This document shows positions 45,655-60,990 of a stretch of 64,000 nt of DNA, piece by piece. The stretch is taken from assembly GCF_009914755.1 (NCBI RefSeq), contig NC_060928.1; one strand, written 5' to 3'. The translations under genes and the position numbers were made by a program. Each line of letters starts with the position of its first letter. Within the stretch, counting starts at the first letter, position 1. The notes under the pieces are model-generated. The model saw only the letters and a program-made list of their open reading frames with translations. It was not told the origin of the DNA and did no database searches. This stretch comes from the human T2T-CHM13v2.0 reference genome, Homo sapiens.

Positions 45655-47929
45655 AAGCACATTTATTTTTTAAGTTTATATTCTGTCCTAATACAATGTA
45701 TTAAAAATGAGCCCTGCCTCAAGTCCTAGCCTAAATGCCACTTTCTCCAGTCTGCTTTCCTGATTTTCACAGCAGGAAGTCTTCTGTACTTCCTCTACAT
45801 ATAACACTTGCATGAAGCATATCTCACATTGCCCTACATTGTGGTTATTTATGGATCTATATTATTTGTTCTGCTAGACTATTAGTTTCATGAAGGTGGA
45901 GGCAGTGTCTTATACATCTTTACGCCAGTATAACAGCTTCTGCAATGCCTCGTCCAGTTCAGTTCAGTACACTTTTGAAGGTGTAAGAGCTAGTCATTTC
46001 TATTTATTAATAAAAGGGATTTAAAAAAAAGATGGACAAGATGTAATCTTAATAAACATATTGTGGTTTTCAGGAAACAGTTTAATGAGAAAATGAATAT
46101 ATTTGTCTCCCTACCTTATGACCTTATTACATATCATAGATCTTCACTCTTGCTTTAGATTCTAAACAGAAATCAATTTATGTGCTTGAAATCACATAAA
46201 GGTAATCTGATTGTGTCATCTACTGCTTACAGTCCATTGGCTGTTCACAATTATGGGTAGAATCTTGATTATTTGAGTAGAAGCCTTTTCAGGCTGACAT
46301 TGCCTTATCAGTGGAGGACTGTTTCTTGTTGTAGGCCCAGTCGCAGTGGACGGCCCTTGGGTTTCCAGACTTCTGCTGCTTCATGCCTGTTGGCTTTTCT
46401 TATGCTGCTCAGTCTGAGTCAAAGGCCCTTCACCCATTCCCATGGTGAATTTCTACTTATCCTTTAAAATTCAGCTCACATTTCCTCTTGAAAGTTTTTC
46501 CTGGTATCTTTCCTATTCCTGCCTCCCTGCAGAGAAATGCCTTCTTCTGTATTCTTTTAACACCTTGTACACCTGTCATGTCTATCTTTGTCAGGAGACT
46601 GTACACTACAGAGCAAGTACTGTGTATTTAAAGAGCTCAAAGTCTAGTGAAGGAGCTAGATAAGAAAAACAACTCTGAAAATATGGTATAAGATATATAT
46701 ATTTAAAAGTAAACCTGTATATACATATAATTTATGATAGAAGTATGCACAGAGGCTTATGAAAGCACTGAAGAGGGTATGAACTCAGCATGAGGCGTGA
46801 AAATCTTGGGGGTGATATAATGGTCAAACTGACAGGTGAAGCCTGTCTAGATATTAGTGTAGCAGACAAGAGGGGGAATGGCATTCCATGTGAAAGTGTG
46901 GAGGTACTCGAGAGTGTATTTCTAAGAACTGCAATTAACTGCTATATTTGTGAATGTGATTGGAAATGAGGCCAATGGGATAGGCAAGGGTCATATCATG
47001 AAATATGGTACTGAATGCCATGCTGAGTGTTTGAAATAGTATAATGATCTACATGAACATGATGAGGAGCCAGTGAATGAGTATAAGGAGCAGAATGGCA
47101 TGCTGAAATCATGGGTTAGGGAGGTCCCTCTAACAATAGTTCAGGCCTGGATTGAAGTCCATGATGTTGGACACAGAAAGACTGTTGTGCCATCACTTAC
47201 ATGACCAATCTCTTATTGATGGACATTTAAGTTGTTTTCAAATTTCTGTTTAAGGTTCTTCAACAGATAAATTTGGAATAATTATCATTTTCTTTAGAAA
47301 ACAAATAAGCAAACTAAAAACACCTGAAGGTCAAAATGACAAATCTCTGACATCATATTAGTCGAGGCCCAGTAACAAAATTGATTTAATTTTAAAAATA
47401 ATTAATGTATACTTCAACTCATGTATCAGTGACTCTTTTAAACATAGAGATTTTGGTTGCTAAAAAAGGTGATGATGGTTACATTAAAATTTTCTGGCCT
47501 TTTGTGATGATTCTTTAGCAAACCTGCTCAAAATTACAGTATCAGATGTTTTAAAAAATGATAATTTTCAACTGAAAGAAATACTGTAATGTATTTCATC
47601 ATATTCTATGAATTCTTACATTATGAAAGATATCTTTTATGTTTCAGATATCTATTATATTTCCTTTTTGAAAGAATTTTTTCTAGCACTACATCTTTTC
47701 CAAACCTTTTTGACTTTCCTAAGCCTGTGTAATTAATCACTGCCTGTTCTGTGTCCTTAACATGCATCTGTTATCAGGACATCTCTGCTTACTTCTGTTT
47801 CTCCTTACTAGACTTACCTGCTGGAGGATGAGAACTTGCTCTCCTATTCATTTTTATATCCCCAATTTTTAATATAGTGTCTTAGACACTGGGGCGTTTC
47901 CTCCTTGTCATACTTATAATCCTCATCAT

Positions 47930-48180
47930 AATTAGCATTTTATTGAGCTCTTATTAATGAGATGGGTACTGTTCTAAGTACTTTATTTGGGTTTTCTCAT
48001 TTAGTCCTCCAATAAACCTATGAGTAAGATCTCTAATGAATCTTGTGAGTTTACTGGTTTTTAAATAAAAAATGGCAATGAGAGCAGAGAGAAGCTAGGT
48101 AATCTGTATAGGTTGCACATTTCCCGAGTGGTAGAGCTGGGATCCCAGCAGTCTAACTGCAGCATCTATGCTTGTAAACC
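47930..48180 (-). mobile_element. MIR
   Basis: ttagcattttattgagctctta...ctcatttagtcctcc...agtggtagagctgggat. Confidence 0.65.
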
Positions 48181-48289
48181 TTTCTCTAAATTACATTGAA
48201 AAGTTAACAACTACTCACAAGTTAAATAATAGTTGTCTGTGTATTCATGTTATTGTACTCCTTTTTATATATTTCTTCCATGTTTTGTA

Positions 48290-49520
48290 TTAAAAAAATT
48301 TTAAATCCACAGAAGAGTTGAAGCAATAGGAACAGTAAATACCCATATATCCTTATTGTTAACGTTTTACACATTTTTTTTTCTCTCTTCCTTCCCGCCT
48401 CACCCTTCTCTCTTTCTCCCTCAACCATTTTTAACTAACTTACAGACCTAATGACACTTCGTGCCTAAACACTTCAGCATTCATCTCCAGAGAGCAAGGA
48501 CATTTACTTACAAACCACAGTATCATTTCACACTTAAAAAATTTAGTATTGATATAATAATGCTATGTAATAAACAATCCATATTTAGATTTCCCTAATT
48601 GTCCCAATAATGGTTTTTATGGATTTTTTCTTTTTGATCCAGATCCAATTAAGAATCAAACACTGCATTTAGTTGACATTCCTCTTTAATTTAATTGCTT
48701 TAAAACAATTCTACCACTTTTGTTTGTTTATTTGCTTCTCGACAATGATATTTTTGAAGAGTCCATATCAATTGCTTGGTAGAATCTACCACAGTTTAAA
48801 TTTGTCTGTTGTTTCTGCATCATTAGATTAGAACTAAATTTATTTGTAAGAATATTATATATAGATGATCATCTGTTATGATATTCCTTGTGCACATATG
48901 TTGGTTTGTCCTACTATTGGTGATATTAAGTTTGATCACTTGATGAAGTGGTATCCATCAGATTTCTCTACTGAAAGGCACCTTTTTTTCTTTGTAATTA
49001 GTAAGTAACCTGTGGGGTAATACATTCACACTGTTTTGATACCCTGTTCCCCAACAAACTTTCACTTGGTGAAAGTTTTAACATCTATGGATAATCTTTC
49101 CTCAAATTAATTATTTCAATGATGATTGTAAAGTTCTGTTTTTCAAATTTCGCCGTTCCTTCTACATGTTAGTAGGCATTGTTCTTTAAAGAGGAGCTCA
49201 GTCTTCTTCCTATTTAGAATCACTTCGTAACCATAGATTCTTTTTTTATTCAATTGTTATCAATAACTACCGTTATTCTTCTTGATGCTCAAACAATCCC
49301 AAATCTAGTCAGTGGAACTCCTCCAAGCCAGCTTCTATTCTTTTCACATGTCTCTACCATTCTTTGAGTGCTTAATTGCTTTTTGCAACAGAAAACTTAT
49401 TCTAGCCTCCCTCCCCTAGCCCTCATTCCTTTTATTATTTATTTTCTTTAGAAAACAAATTAGGGAATGAAATATTTAGAAACAAAGATCCAGGTGCTAG
49501 CTGTGGGCATTGCTACTGTT
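48290..49520 (-). mobile_element. Old L1 (L1MC/ME-type) fragment
   Basis: acagaagagttgaag..., taagtttgatcacttg, tctttgtaattagtaagtaacctgtgggg motifs; boundaries approximate. Confidence 0.65.
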
Positions 49521-51520
49521 ACTCTACTAAAAAAAAAAAAAAAAAAAAAAACTTCACATTTCCAAATAAATAGTAACACTTTTTAATGTGTTCTTAACGT
49601 TTTATTTGGCATTAATCTAAATTCCCCTCTAGCACAATGAAAACAGAAAGAGAAAGTTAAAATTTCAAGTAAACTGAAAACAACAATAGTGCTCAGAGGA
49701 TTTTTTTTTAAGTGAAAAGGGATAGTGCTTAATTATGACAAATAAAAGCTAACTTGAGATGCACATATACAGATGCAGCCACTTATTTTGGCGGGGGACA
49801 CTTCAGGAATTAAAATTTAAATAGCGAGAGATCAAATAGATACTTGGTAAATGTGTCTGAATTGGATGTTCCCAGACACAAAAATAAAATGAGTTATTGA
49901 CAGCTCTTGGGAGACAACATTATAAAGACTAGACACTTTATTTATTTTAACTCTATGTTCTAAATTACCATTGAGTAATTGACATTCGTATTTGACTATG
50001 GTTTGTGGTTAAGTTCTTAATTGCAATAATGTTAAATAAAATGTGAAGCCCAAAGCAAACAACAACAAAAATTATAGCAATACTTCAACAGAGGTAATAA
50101 TAATATGCTGCATCAATGGTTCAGAATCCAGCATCTACATAAAACAAGCAACAGGGTAATGAAATTATTTTCTTTTCAAATATTCTGGCAGAGCTACTTT
50201 AGTTTTCTTAAGTTATAGATTGTGGTCTTAACTGCAACTTTTCGCTCCTTTTAAGAAGTATTTAAGTTATTTAAATGTTACTTAAATACTTTTATGTTTT
50301 TAATCATTATTAACATTCTCTACCCCTCTCATCCTTTCCTGCTTAGTATTTTGTTATAATCTCACTCTCCCCACTTCCAAATGCACTCAAAAATGCTGGA
50401 CTTTCTGGTCTTTTTCTGACCACCAGAAGAAGTAGTGGATTGAGCATGGAACTGGGATAAGACATTTTTCCTGAAATTGGTCAAGTCACTTAATCTTTTG
50501 CATTTTTACTTGTTTACTTGTAAAATGAAGATAGTGTCTGCCTCTCTCCTGCCTTATATGGATATCATGAGGATAAATTCAGTCAGTCATATGAAATGGT
50601 TTTGAGTTCTGTATTCATGAGGGCATTTAATGTGTCTTATAGTGATAACAATCAGAGGCATTATTATTCAGTTTTTACTGCAGCAGGAGTTTAGATTTGA
50701 CCATCAGATAATTGACACTATAGTACAGGGTATTAGGAAAGCTGGAAAGATGCTTTCCCCTGGAGATCTTGGACAGTAGGATTCTTCTAGGTTTTGTTCT
50801 GCTCATGATATGCAATGGCTCAGGGCACTTTTCAGAGGACCACTGTACAATCTCCCTCCATTCCACCCAGGTCCTATTAATATAGTAGTGAGTTGTTTCA
50901 TATTGCCTTCAGTGACTTTCCCTTTTCCAAGGCCAATTACCATTTGAAAAAGTCATTCCCTGTCATATTTTCTTGTTCTGCTCAAATGAATTTGTCCATA
51001 TCTGAATTCTGTGAAGCTTGTTGGGTGTAAAAACAGCTTTTCAAAGTCTTCCAGTTTCATATCTATTTGTTCTTCTGCCCTACCCTTGCATGTTTCTCTG
51101 TCCCCTTTTCTTCTGTGAGCATAACCTGGAGGACAAGGTTTTTTGTTCTGCTTTTAGTGGTGCCATGTCTGCATAATAACATGATGTAGATTGAAAAAAT
51201 TACAAATGATTCTTGGAATTCTAAAGATAATCTTATTTCTATTGAGAAAATCCTTCTCAAGTTACTAACTACCATTGAGATTGGATTGGCTTTTGCCTTA
51301 TTACTTTTCAGAGCCTCCATCTGCTTGGGTATCTCAACATATCCTTAGTTTTCAAATGTTGGCACTTTACTCCCAGCATGATTACCTTACATAAGAAACA
51401 TTATAGGACTGATGTGGGAGTTTACTTTTCTCATAACTTATTTGATAATTCACTGCTTATGTTAGAGTTAGAAACTATTGTCCAACTCTCAGAGACCCAG
51501 TTACATCACTTAAGATGGAT

Positions 51521-51736
51521 TTTTTTTTTTTTTTTTGAGATCAAGTCTCACTCTGTCGCCCAAGCTGGAGTGCAGTGGCGCAGTCTCAGCTCACTGCAAC
51601 CTCTGCCTCCCAGGTTGAAATGATTCTGCCTCAGCCTCCCAAGTAGCTGGGATTACAGGTGCCCACCACCACACCTGGCTAGTTTTTTTGTAGAGATAGG
51701 GTTTTACCATGTTGGCCAGGCTGGTCACAAACTCCT
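51521..51736 (-). mobile_element. 5'-truncated Alu
   Basis: Antisense; stops within the left arm; TSD gatggattttt at 51514-51524 and 51739-51749. Confidence 0.92.
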
Positions 51737-54700
51737 AGGATGGATTTTTAAGACTAAAATTTTAGATTGCAATCAAACAGAAGAGGCTTGGACATGTGAC
51801 ATTAAAGAGCTATGTTTGTTTTGCCAGTTGAAACTTGTTTCTTTTTCTAGTTAAAACAATGATTTAGAGGTTATTTTGAGGGCACTTTGAAGATTATGCT
51901 ACAGGAATGCTAGAGAGCAAATTTTGAGAGTGATTGCCCATTTGGACTTAATTCTGGCAACTGATTTTGGGGTAAAATGTCTATCATTCGTTGATTATCT
52001 GTGATTTTTACCTGGACTTTACTTAAGCTTTATTAAGTTGCTAAACCATATTTGGATGCTAGTGATAGCAGACCATCAAATACGGCCCAAACTTCTTGTT
52101 CTGATCCACACGAAGGTCAGAGAAGCAATGCTGCCTTTTCTGATAGCCAGTAGCACCAGCAGGCACGTTGTTTACTCCAAACAAGAATTTTAATATTTTT
52201 GAAGACCACTGAAAATGGATCATTTATACTTTTTTATTTTTTTGATAAGGAAGGGATGACCTACTATTCACAGAGTAATGCAGTTTGCTGAAAAGGTTGG
52301 TTTTTGCTGACCTCTGAGAGCTCACATTACAGTGGAGTGTGTTATTGGAAGGTGAGCCAGTTTATACAGAGGTTGGGAATTATTTTTCTCTAGTTTTGAA
52401 ATGGTTATGCACTTTCTAATCTAGTTATTTAGATGTAGAAATAAAGTTTTTTTTTTACATTCCCCTGAGTATATGGTATTGTAGGTATAAAATAAATTTG
52501 ATGAGTTTTATTTCTGTACTAGGATCTACTCATAACTCTTCTATCCTAAATTTGTATCAAAAGGAAACCTTTGCTGTCTTGATAATAAACACAGACTAAG
52601 TCCAGATTCCACAGTCTAGTGATCAAGGAAATTCAGGAATTGTATTTAGCTACAAGTAACGTGACACAAAGAACAGTGCCCTAAATTGCTAGGATGGTGA
52701 TTTAGGGTTAATATTATGACTTCTTGCTCTACCCTCTTTCCATTCTCAAGATCGCCTCATGGTCATAAAGAGGCCACTGTGGTTGAGTCATGACATGCAC
52801 GTTCTAGGCGAGAACACAGAACAAGCCGTGCTCTTCAGCCCCCTTCTTACACAGCATTCCAAAGCCCCACCCCATCACTTCTGCTTTCATCCCATTTAGC
52901 CAGAACTTAGTCATTTGGCTGCCCATATCTGCTAAGGAGAATAGGGAACATAGTTTTCCATTACTAACCCATCCCCCACTCAAAAAAATAAAAATTTTAA
53001 AAGCCATTCTATATTAAAGCAGAAGGGAAAGAGATATTGGTAAGAATCCAGCTGGCCTTTTGTGATCTGTGTCAGCCTTTCTTTTGATCTCATCTGCTGT
53101 TTTAAGCACTTTACACTGTAGCCCCACGAGAACACTTTGCACTCACTAAGAAGCAGTCCCCTTTGCTGCGCCCCCCCCCCACCACTTTGCTTATATTCTG
53201 AAAGTCTTTTGTTTCCTATTCCACTGCTCTTACCTCTAACACACTGCCTCTAACACACCAACCTGCAGTTGTAGTTATTACACACCCTCCTTGGTTCTTT
53301 CATCTCTCTATCACAGCCCTTGTTGTGGTTTAGCCAATATATTTTAGTTCCACAGCTAAATTTTCATACCCTCTATGACTCTCTAATCCCCTGCCACACT
53401 TGCCTACTATAATACATTATATATATAACAAATGTTTGATACGTATTTATTGAATTCCATTCCAGAACTAATGCCAGCAAGATAACTTTGTGCTATATAG
53501 GAGAATATCTTTTTGTGCAACAGTTTCCAAAGGGTTTTCTTTTTCTAAGAAGAAAGAAATTGATTGTATCAACTTTATGAGTATCCTACCGCATTTAATA
53601 GCCATTGGCTAATCTAAGGGTTCCTGGTTACTTCACTGAATAGCCTATCAGATGGAAGTGCAAACAACAGTTTGTTTTGAAATAGGACTCCCTAAACATG
53701 GAAGAAACATTAACAGTGTTGGCCTGTTGGAATGTGTGCATTTGATGTGCTCAAGATTAGGGCACTCTGCTTGAGAACAAATAACAAAAAAGGGAGAGGA
53801 AACAATAAAAACTTTGGTCCTATAAAGCACCTGAAAGTACTATAAATTGATGGTTCTCAAGCTGGTCAGGGGGTCCAAAGGCTACAGCCTGGGGGCCTCA
53901 AGTTTAATTGTTTTATAAAGTGTCCTAAATAAAATTTTTATGTTTTTAAGTGGTATTTTTAAAACTACTTTTTCATGCTTTGAGAGAGTTTTCCAAATTC
54001 CAATTATTTTAAGGGGTTATTTCCTGGACTTGCACTTAACGATTTTGAGATGTTTACATTTTTTTCAATATGGCATTCTGTGTGCCTCAGTGATACATGG
54101 TTATCCAGGTTGCATGCATATATAAATGTTAAGATTTATGGAAGGTCATCTTTTTAGATTAAAAAGAATTTTTTTAAGCTGGTATTTCTTGGTGATAGGG
54201 CCTAGAAATTATGTAGAGTGGCTTACTTCTGGAACTTATTTTAAACTGCATATAAACCATCCGCCTAGTGTACAGTTGGCTAAAGAGTAATATTAGAAGG
54301 CCCTCCTGGACAGTTTATTTCATTTCATGGATATGAACACAATTGTTTCCCTTTGAATTTAATGCCATGTTTAAAATCAGATTTTAAGAATTTTCCAAGG
54401 GCATTTCCCTATCATTTACACTCTGCTTGTGTTTTCTTTCTGTAGTCTTTTACATTAAATACCTCCTACAGAGCACTGCCTAAGGATTTGTGGTGGTACA
54501 GGGTCCAGTTGGGATGACAAACAGGCAAGGAAGGCCTGGAAGTAAAATTAGCAAAGAGGCCCTGTGGAATGGAAGGTGAGGGAAGGGTTAGTGACAGTTG
54601 GGGGAGGAAAGGTAGAAAAAAAAATAACATGCACATCAGTTTCGCAGGAGTATTAGAGTCTTAAAGGAAACAATGTTTGATAATTATCAGAGAGGAAACT

Positions 54701-55504
54701 GGGAGCATAGAGCATATCCCAGAATGGAGAACAGCATGGGTTAAAATGGGTAGGAACAGGTGTCAGGAGCTTCAAAATTCGGGATCATTGTTGAGTCCAT
54801 TCCCCTTGGTCTTCAAGGACTGTCTGCTCTTCACTCAATGATTATTGAAGCTCATTTCTTCCTGTCACCAACACAAATCATACCTTCTTCACGTCAGACC
54901 TAAACTATTTCGCTGGCCTTGCAACTGTTCTCTCTGCCTCTAAACTCTTTCCAGTCCATCCTACCTACCATCACCAGAGCTTTGATAAGATTCCCAGAGC
55001 TTTGATTTTTATCAGGCAGTTATGATGATAAATGTATGGAAACTTCCCATTTCCTAGAGCTAAAGTGCATGTTTCTCATTCTGAAATGTAGGGAACATAA
55101 TCATCTGATACCACTCACCTGATTGTTTCTCACTCTTCCTCCACCATTTACCCATCTCTTTAGCTTAATGAGTCCCCTGTGTATCTCCCAACTAAACAGC
55201 GGCTTACTTGCCTGTGAAATATTCTTCTCTTGGGTAGTCTGCTCCCTTCTCTGTCTACTCATGCTTCAAGATTCAACATAAGCCTCCTCTATGAGGCTTT
55301 CTGCACGTATGTATATGGATTTGCTTGTGTAATGATTTCTTCACAGATTTCATATTGCTGATAAATAAATATTGTTTTGAATAAGAAACGTGGTTTTGTA
55401 TTTTTATCTCGATTGTAGACTCCTTGAGACCAGTACCATGCTATACAATTATTTTTCATCTATTATAGTGTCTGGCATAGGGACATGCACATATTTGGTA
55501 CAGA

Positions 55505-55715
55505 ACAAGGTTTCCGAGTCTGGCACGATGACATTTTGGGCTGGATAATTTGTTGTGGCGGGTTGTCTGAACATTTTAGGATGTTTAGCAGCATCCTTGG
55601 CGCCTATCCACTAGATACCAGTAGTATCCTCTCCCTAGTGTGACAACCAAAAATGTCTCCAGACATTTCCAAATTTCCACAGGGGTAAAAAGTGCCCCCC
55701 AGTTGAGAATCACTG
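55505..55715. mobile_element. MER20 (hAT-Charlie)
   Basis: gacattttgggctggataatt...ggatgtttagcagcatcc...gtgacaaccaaaaatgtctccagacatt...gttgagaatcactg. Confidence 0.88.
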
Positions 55716-56466
55716 ATAGAGAATAAACGGAATAAATTCCAATTAAACAGTGAAAATATTTGAGTGATGATTTACAGAATTTTAAAGTCTTGAGAAAGTG
55801 GAACTCAGTTGATGGAAAAGAGTGAATGTCAAACTGAGAACGTCCTATTTGCTATGTTAGGGCATAGAAAGGCCATTATAGATTGAAAAGCAGTTGTAAT
55901 GAATCTTAGGGTTAAGAAAGATCAAGATACAGAAATATCCTTGAATTGAAGTTCCAAAACAATGTTGTTTTGGTTTTTGTTTCATTTTGAATCCTTTCAT
56001 ACTTAGGAATACCATTTCTAGTAAAATAAATATTTTATGTTTAGTTAGAAATTTATCTGTATTTCATACATACTTAGTACTTTTGGACTAAGAACTGCTA
56101 TTTGAAGTATATTTGAGGGAATGAGTTTGAAATTTTGGGTGCAGGACATTATAAAGTTGTAACTATGAATAAATTTCAGTTATGCTTATGCATAGTTTTA
56201 CCTAGTTTTATTTGTCTATTTGAGTATTGTCCTTGAATTTAAAATTTTTTTCAGCCCCAACTGATACACACACATATACATACATAATACATGTGTGTGT
56301 GTGTAGCTTACAGAGTGTTTATAGGAAACTGATTTTGTATACTTTGGCTACTTTGTTGTAAGTTCTAGTTTTTTTTCTTTTATTATTAAACTAGTGCACG
56401 ACATCAATGCTATATGATTGGTGTTTCGTTGACCTAGAAATAATGCATGCCATCTTCTTTTCACAG

Positions 56467-56559
56467 CTGTGTGCCAACCACGATGCAAACATGGTGAATG
56501 TATCGGGCCAAACAAGTGCAAGTGTCATCCTGGTTATGCTGGAAAAACCTGTAATCAAG
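56467..56559 (+). CDS. NPNT: Nephronectin constitutive exon encoding EGF-like domain 1 ((P)[30 protein letters not shown])
   Basis: Acceptor cttcttttcacag|, donor AAG|GTAGGA; 93 nt, phase 1-1; six-Cys EGF pattern with CxCxxGYxGxxC. Confidence 0.97.
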
Positions 56560-57462
56560 GTAGGAAAACAGTCTGACATAAATACACAATCGAAGACACC
56601 TCTATCACTCCCAAATTAAAAATATTCTTATCTCAAACTACTTTCCATGGCTATTTTTCCAAAATATGTGAGCTGCTATTTTGCTGATAAATAAAAATAT
56701 ATTAATGATAAATATTGTAAAATTTCTTTTATCAAAGGACAATTAAACAAATTGTATCCTCTTATTCTCTGATACTAATTAAAATGTATTTTGAAGAAAA
56801 GAATCCCTGCATCAGTAATTTAGAAGCCTTCTGGTACTCCTTGTTTTTCCACTAACTAGTTGGAAATCCTTGGCCAAATAATTAACCACCTCAGACCCCA
56901 GGTACTGCTTCCCTTTAATGCCAAAGTCAAGTAGGGGATTTGATTTGAAATTTGGAGTTTCCTCCTAACTCTGAGCCCTTCGATTCGTGATTAAATCTCC
57001 CTTCAACTACTGACCAGTTTGGAATGTTTCCATGATAAATAAAAATGATTAATTTAGCAAGCACTTTTTAAAAAAATCAGCATCAGTTGTTTAAAGCAAA
57101 TATTTATTCAACACTCATAGTGCCCCAGGTATTTTATATATATAATCCATTTTTATCTTTACAACAACATTAGGAAGTAGAGCATTATTTATTATAATTA
57201 AGGTATAATCTATTAATTATTAGTCTATTTTTTATTTGGAGAGACAGAGGCATAGGAATATTAAGTGTCTTGCTCAGGTTCACAGAGTTAGTAAAAGAGC
57301 TAGCATGTCAACTTAGAGCTATGGCATATATAATCCATATTTTTTCTACTATACTAGTTTTGGATAAAAAAATATATTTGGAAATGTGATCCTCGAACTC
57401 ATGCTACAAAGTCAGACAAGGCTTGTCTTGTTAATTAAATTCAGTTAAAAATTTCCATTATT

Positions 57463-57770
57463 GGCCTGGCGTGGTGGCTCACGCCTGTAATCCCAGCACT
57501 TTGGGAAGCTGAGGCGAGTGGATCACCTGAGGTTGGGAGTTCAAGACCAGCCTGACCAACATGGAGAAACCCCATCTCTACTAAAAATACGAAATTAGCT
57601 GCGTGTGGTGGCTCATGCTTGTAATCCCAGCTACTCAAGAAGCTGAGGCAGGAGAATCACTTGAACCCAGGAGGCGGATGTTGCGGTGAGCCAAGATTGC
57701 ACCATTGCACTCCAGCCTAGGCAACAAGAGCGAAACTCTGTCTCAAAAAAAAAAAAAAAAGAAAAAAAAA
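57463..57770 (+). mobile_element. Alu (AluSp/Sq-like)
   Basis: Sense full dimer with poly-A tail. Confidence 0.94.
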
Positions 57771-58060
57771 TCATTATTAGGAATTAAACTAAAGAAAGAT
57801 TAGGGTTAGATTTCACTAAATAGATAAGTGTCAAAAATAAAAAAGATAAGTCAATTTTTACTTATTTTTTAAATTATACTCCCTATCATCTTAAATGTCA
57901 GGTGAAATAATCATGGTGTCTAACTATCCCTTACATACTTACTTGACCTCATCTGATATAGAAATGATATTGCTGAAATACTACTGTTCTTCAGTGTCTG
58001 ATACTTATTCCAAGATACTCCTTGAGGTATGTCATGTAAACTAATGATTTATAGACACAG

Positions 58061-58353
58061 TTTTTTTTTCACTATTTATTTTTATTTTTTTAATTTTACT
58101 TTAAGTTCTGGGATACATGTGGAAAACATGAAGCTTTGTTACAAAGGTATACATGTGCCTTGGTGATTTGCTGCACCTATCAACCCATCATCTAGGTTTC
58201 AAGCCCTGCATGCATTGGGTATTTGTCCTAATGCTCTCCCTCCCCTTACCCCTAACCCCCAACAGTTCCCCTCCCTGTGTCCGTGTGTTCTCATTGTTCA
58301 ACTCCCACTTATGAATGAAAACATGCAGTGTTTAGTTTTCTGTTCCTGTGTTA
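58061..58353 (-). mobile_element. 5'-truncated L1PA 3' end
   Basis: actttaagttctgggatacatgtg...cattgttcaactcccacttatg; TSD agacac(a/c)gttttt at 58053-58065 and 58354-58366. Confidence 0.9.
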
Positions 58354-60671
58354 AGACACCGTTTTTACAATCATCCAGAACATTGATTTTTGAAAACATA
58401 CTCAAAATGGTGGTTCATGAACCATCAGATGAAATTATTCATGAACCATCAGATGAAATCCACACTAGCAAGAATGACATGTCCCAATGGTAGAAGCTGC
58501 TATTCTAAAGTGTGTTCTTGTATTATCTGCTATTTGATTTAGAACTGATTTTCCCAATGCTTGTTTTCTCTCTAATACTCTTTTTAACTTGAAATTTACC
58601 AAACATACCTGCATAATCTTTTTAAATAAGTGATGCTCTTATTATCTCAGTTTGCTCCTTAAAAAACTCCACTTGATTTTTCTTCCCCAGCATAAGTTTG
58701 CAGGTAGCAGTGTTCTGGTTATTGGATGCCAATGTTCATCTTAGAATCTCAGTATACTTTTTTTAAAGTGGTGAACATAAGCCCTCAGAGGTTTCATTAA
58801 TATATCAGCACGGTAAAATATTGTTGTCCAAATGTGAGGATATAAAATATAAAGAAGACGATTAAAATAAGTCACTTTTGAGATTGCAGAGAAATTCATT
58901 TAAATTTCTTTGCAGAAGCTGCATCAACTTTAACATGCTTTAAAGACATGCTAAAAGTATTATTGAAACAAAAGTTCATCACTGGGTAGCTCCTATTTTC
59001 AGAAAACCAGTTTAACATGTACTTTTTTTTCCTGTAACACATACCTATTTCTCTAAAGAAAAAATCGAATGTATCAAGTTAAGATCTTGCTCCCCAAAAC
59101 CATATTCCTTAAAGAGAAGAGGATTTGATTAGTAGCAAAATGGGATTTTACACCTGCAAAAATAGTGCTGACACTGAAAATGTAATTTCAAGTCCAGTTT
59201 TGAAAATAAAACTACAGCTTAAAATAAACTTAGGTGTTTTAATCATCTCTTATTTTGCCCTCCTCACAAAAAAGCAGTGTGGCAGGTTCCTGATGGCAAG
59301 GTTTATGCTCCTTGAGAGCAGAAATCCTTTTTGTTGTCTCTCTGATTTCTAAGTTCCTGAAAACTATTATTAAAGTGACTTGCACATGGTAAATGCACAC
59401 TAAATATGTTAAATAAATGACAGTTTCATCTAATGGTTCTTAGTCCTGAACACTGTGGAAGCTTGAAAGGGTTCCACCAGTTCTTGGTACAGCATCTTAG
59501 AGAGTCTCTGCATCCATAGACTTGAGGGCCCTGTCAGGATCAGGGAAGCTGCCATGTGTGGCCTGGTTGAGTGTGAGAGCTGCCTAGAGACTTCCATAAA
59601 AGTTGTTAGAGAAAATTGTTGATAGTGCCTACATAGCAGATTAACTTAAACTGTTTTCATTCAGGCCCACACATTTTAATAAAGTAGAAAATATGCTTCA
59701 CAGATAAGGGAAATCAAACAGGCTCCTTTTTTCTGGAGGAGAGAAATGTCAAAAAGAATTAAATTTGAAATAACTTTACAGAACTGGAAATTAGCTTTTG
59801 ATTAAAAGTAGCTTTTGGTATATGACAGGTATTCACTGAGAATTTTGTAGCGAGTTATATACTTTAAGAAATAACCCCCAGAAACTTGCATCATGGTGTA
59901 AACAGCTTGAATAAACAAGTGCTTAACCAGTGCCTTTAGAGCTGCCTGGGAAACAGCCAGAATACCAGGGCAAGCTGCATTTTGGAACTGGTTTAATTTA
60001 GTAGCCTTGCCACAGGCTTAGTGTGATCTGCTTTTGGTGGCTTGATCTTCCCCACTAAGTCATTTTCTGGATTTGTTACACCTAGAACTGTTAGGAAATT
60101 ACAGGCTTGGGCTGATCATTAACATACTGTACTCTACAAGGCACACGTTACCTTTCAAAGCAGATGAAATTCTAACCTGAATTCTGGCAAGATTCTTTGA
60201 TCATTTGCTTCCTTTACTTTTACTTTTATTTATGCATATTTCCCTCCTCCTTGAGTTTCTGTACCAACACAAACCTCTTTTTCCCCCAGCCAGAAAAAAA
60301 ATATTATTATAGATAATAATCTTTTTATAACTTTTCCATTGGGGAATGATTTTTAGTATGTAAATATATCACTGCATATTCTCAGAAATGAAAGACATTC
60401 TTAGGAATTTACAGTGTACTTTATAATAATTTCAGAAGAAAATATTTATAAATGTCAATTCCTAATGTTTTAGCATGGTTTATGTTTCATATGTTGAATT
60501 CTTTATCATAAGGAAAGAATTGGAGTCTTTTAGGTCAGAACCAGATACTAATTTTGTGGACTAGTTACATCTGAAAGTTGACTGCTTTGCTAAGCACAAA
60601 AATCTAAGGGCTTTAACTCTAATATTAAGGTGGTTACCTACAGCCGTAGGTTTTGAAAGATGTATGGTTCC

Positions 60672-60990
<319 letters not shown>

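Noticed and set aside
56265-56304. (CA)n...(TG)n inverted pair upstream of the EGF1 exon
   Set aside because: Short, low-complexity and common by chance
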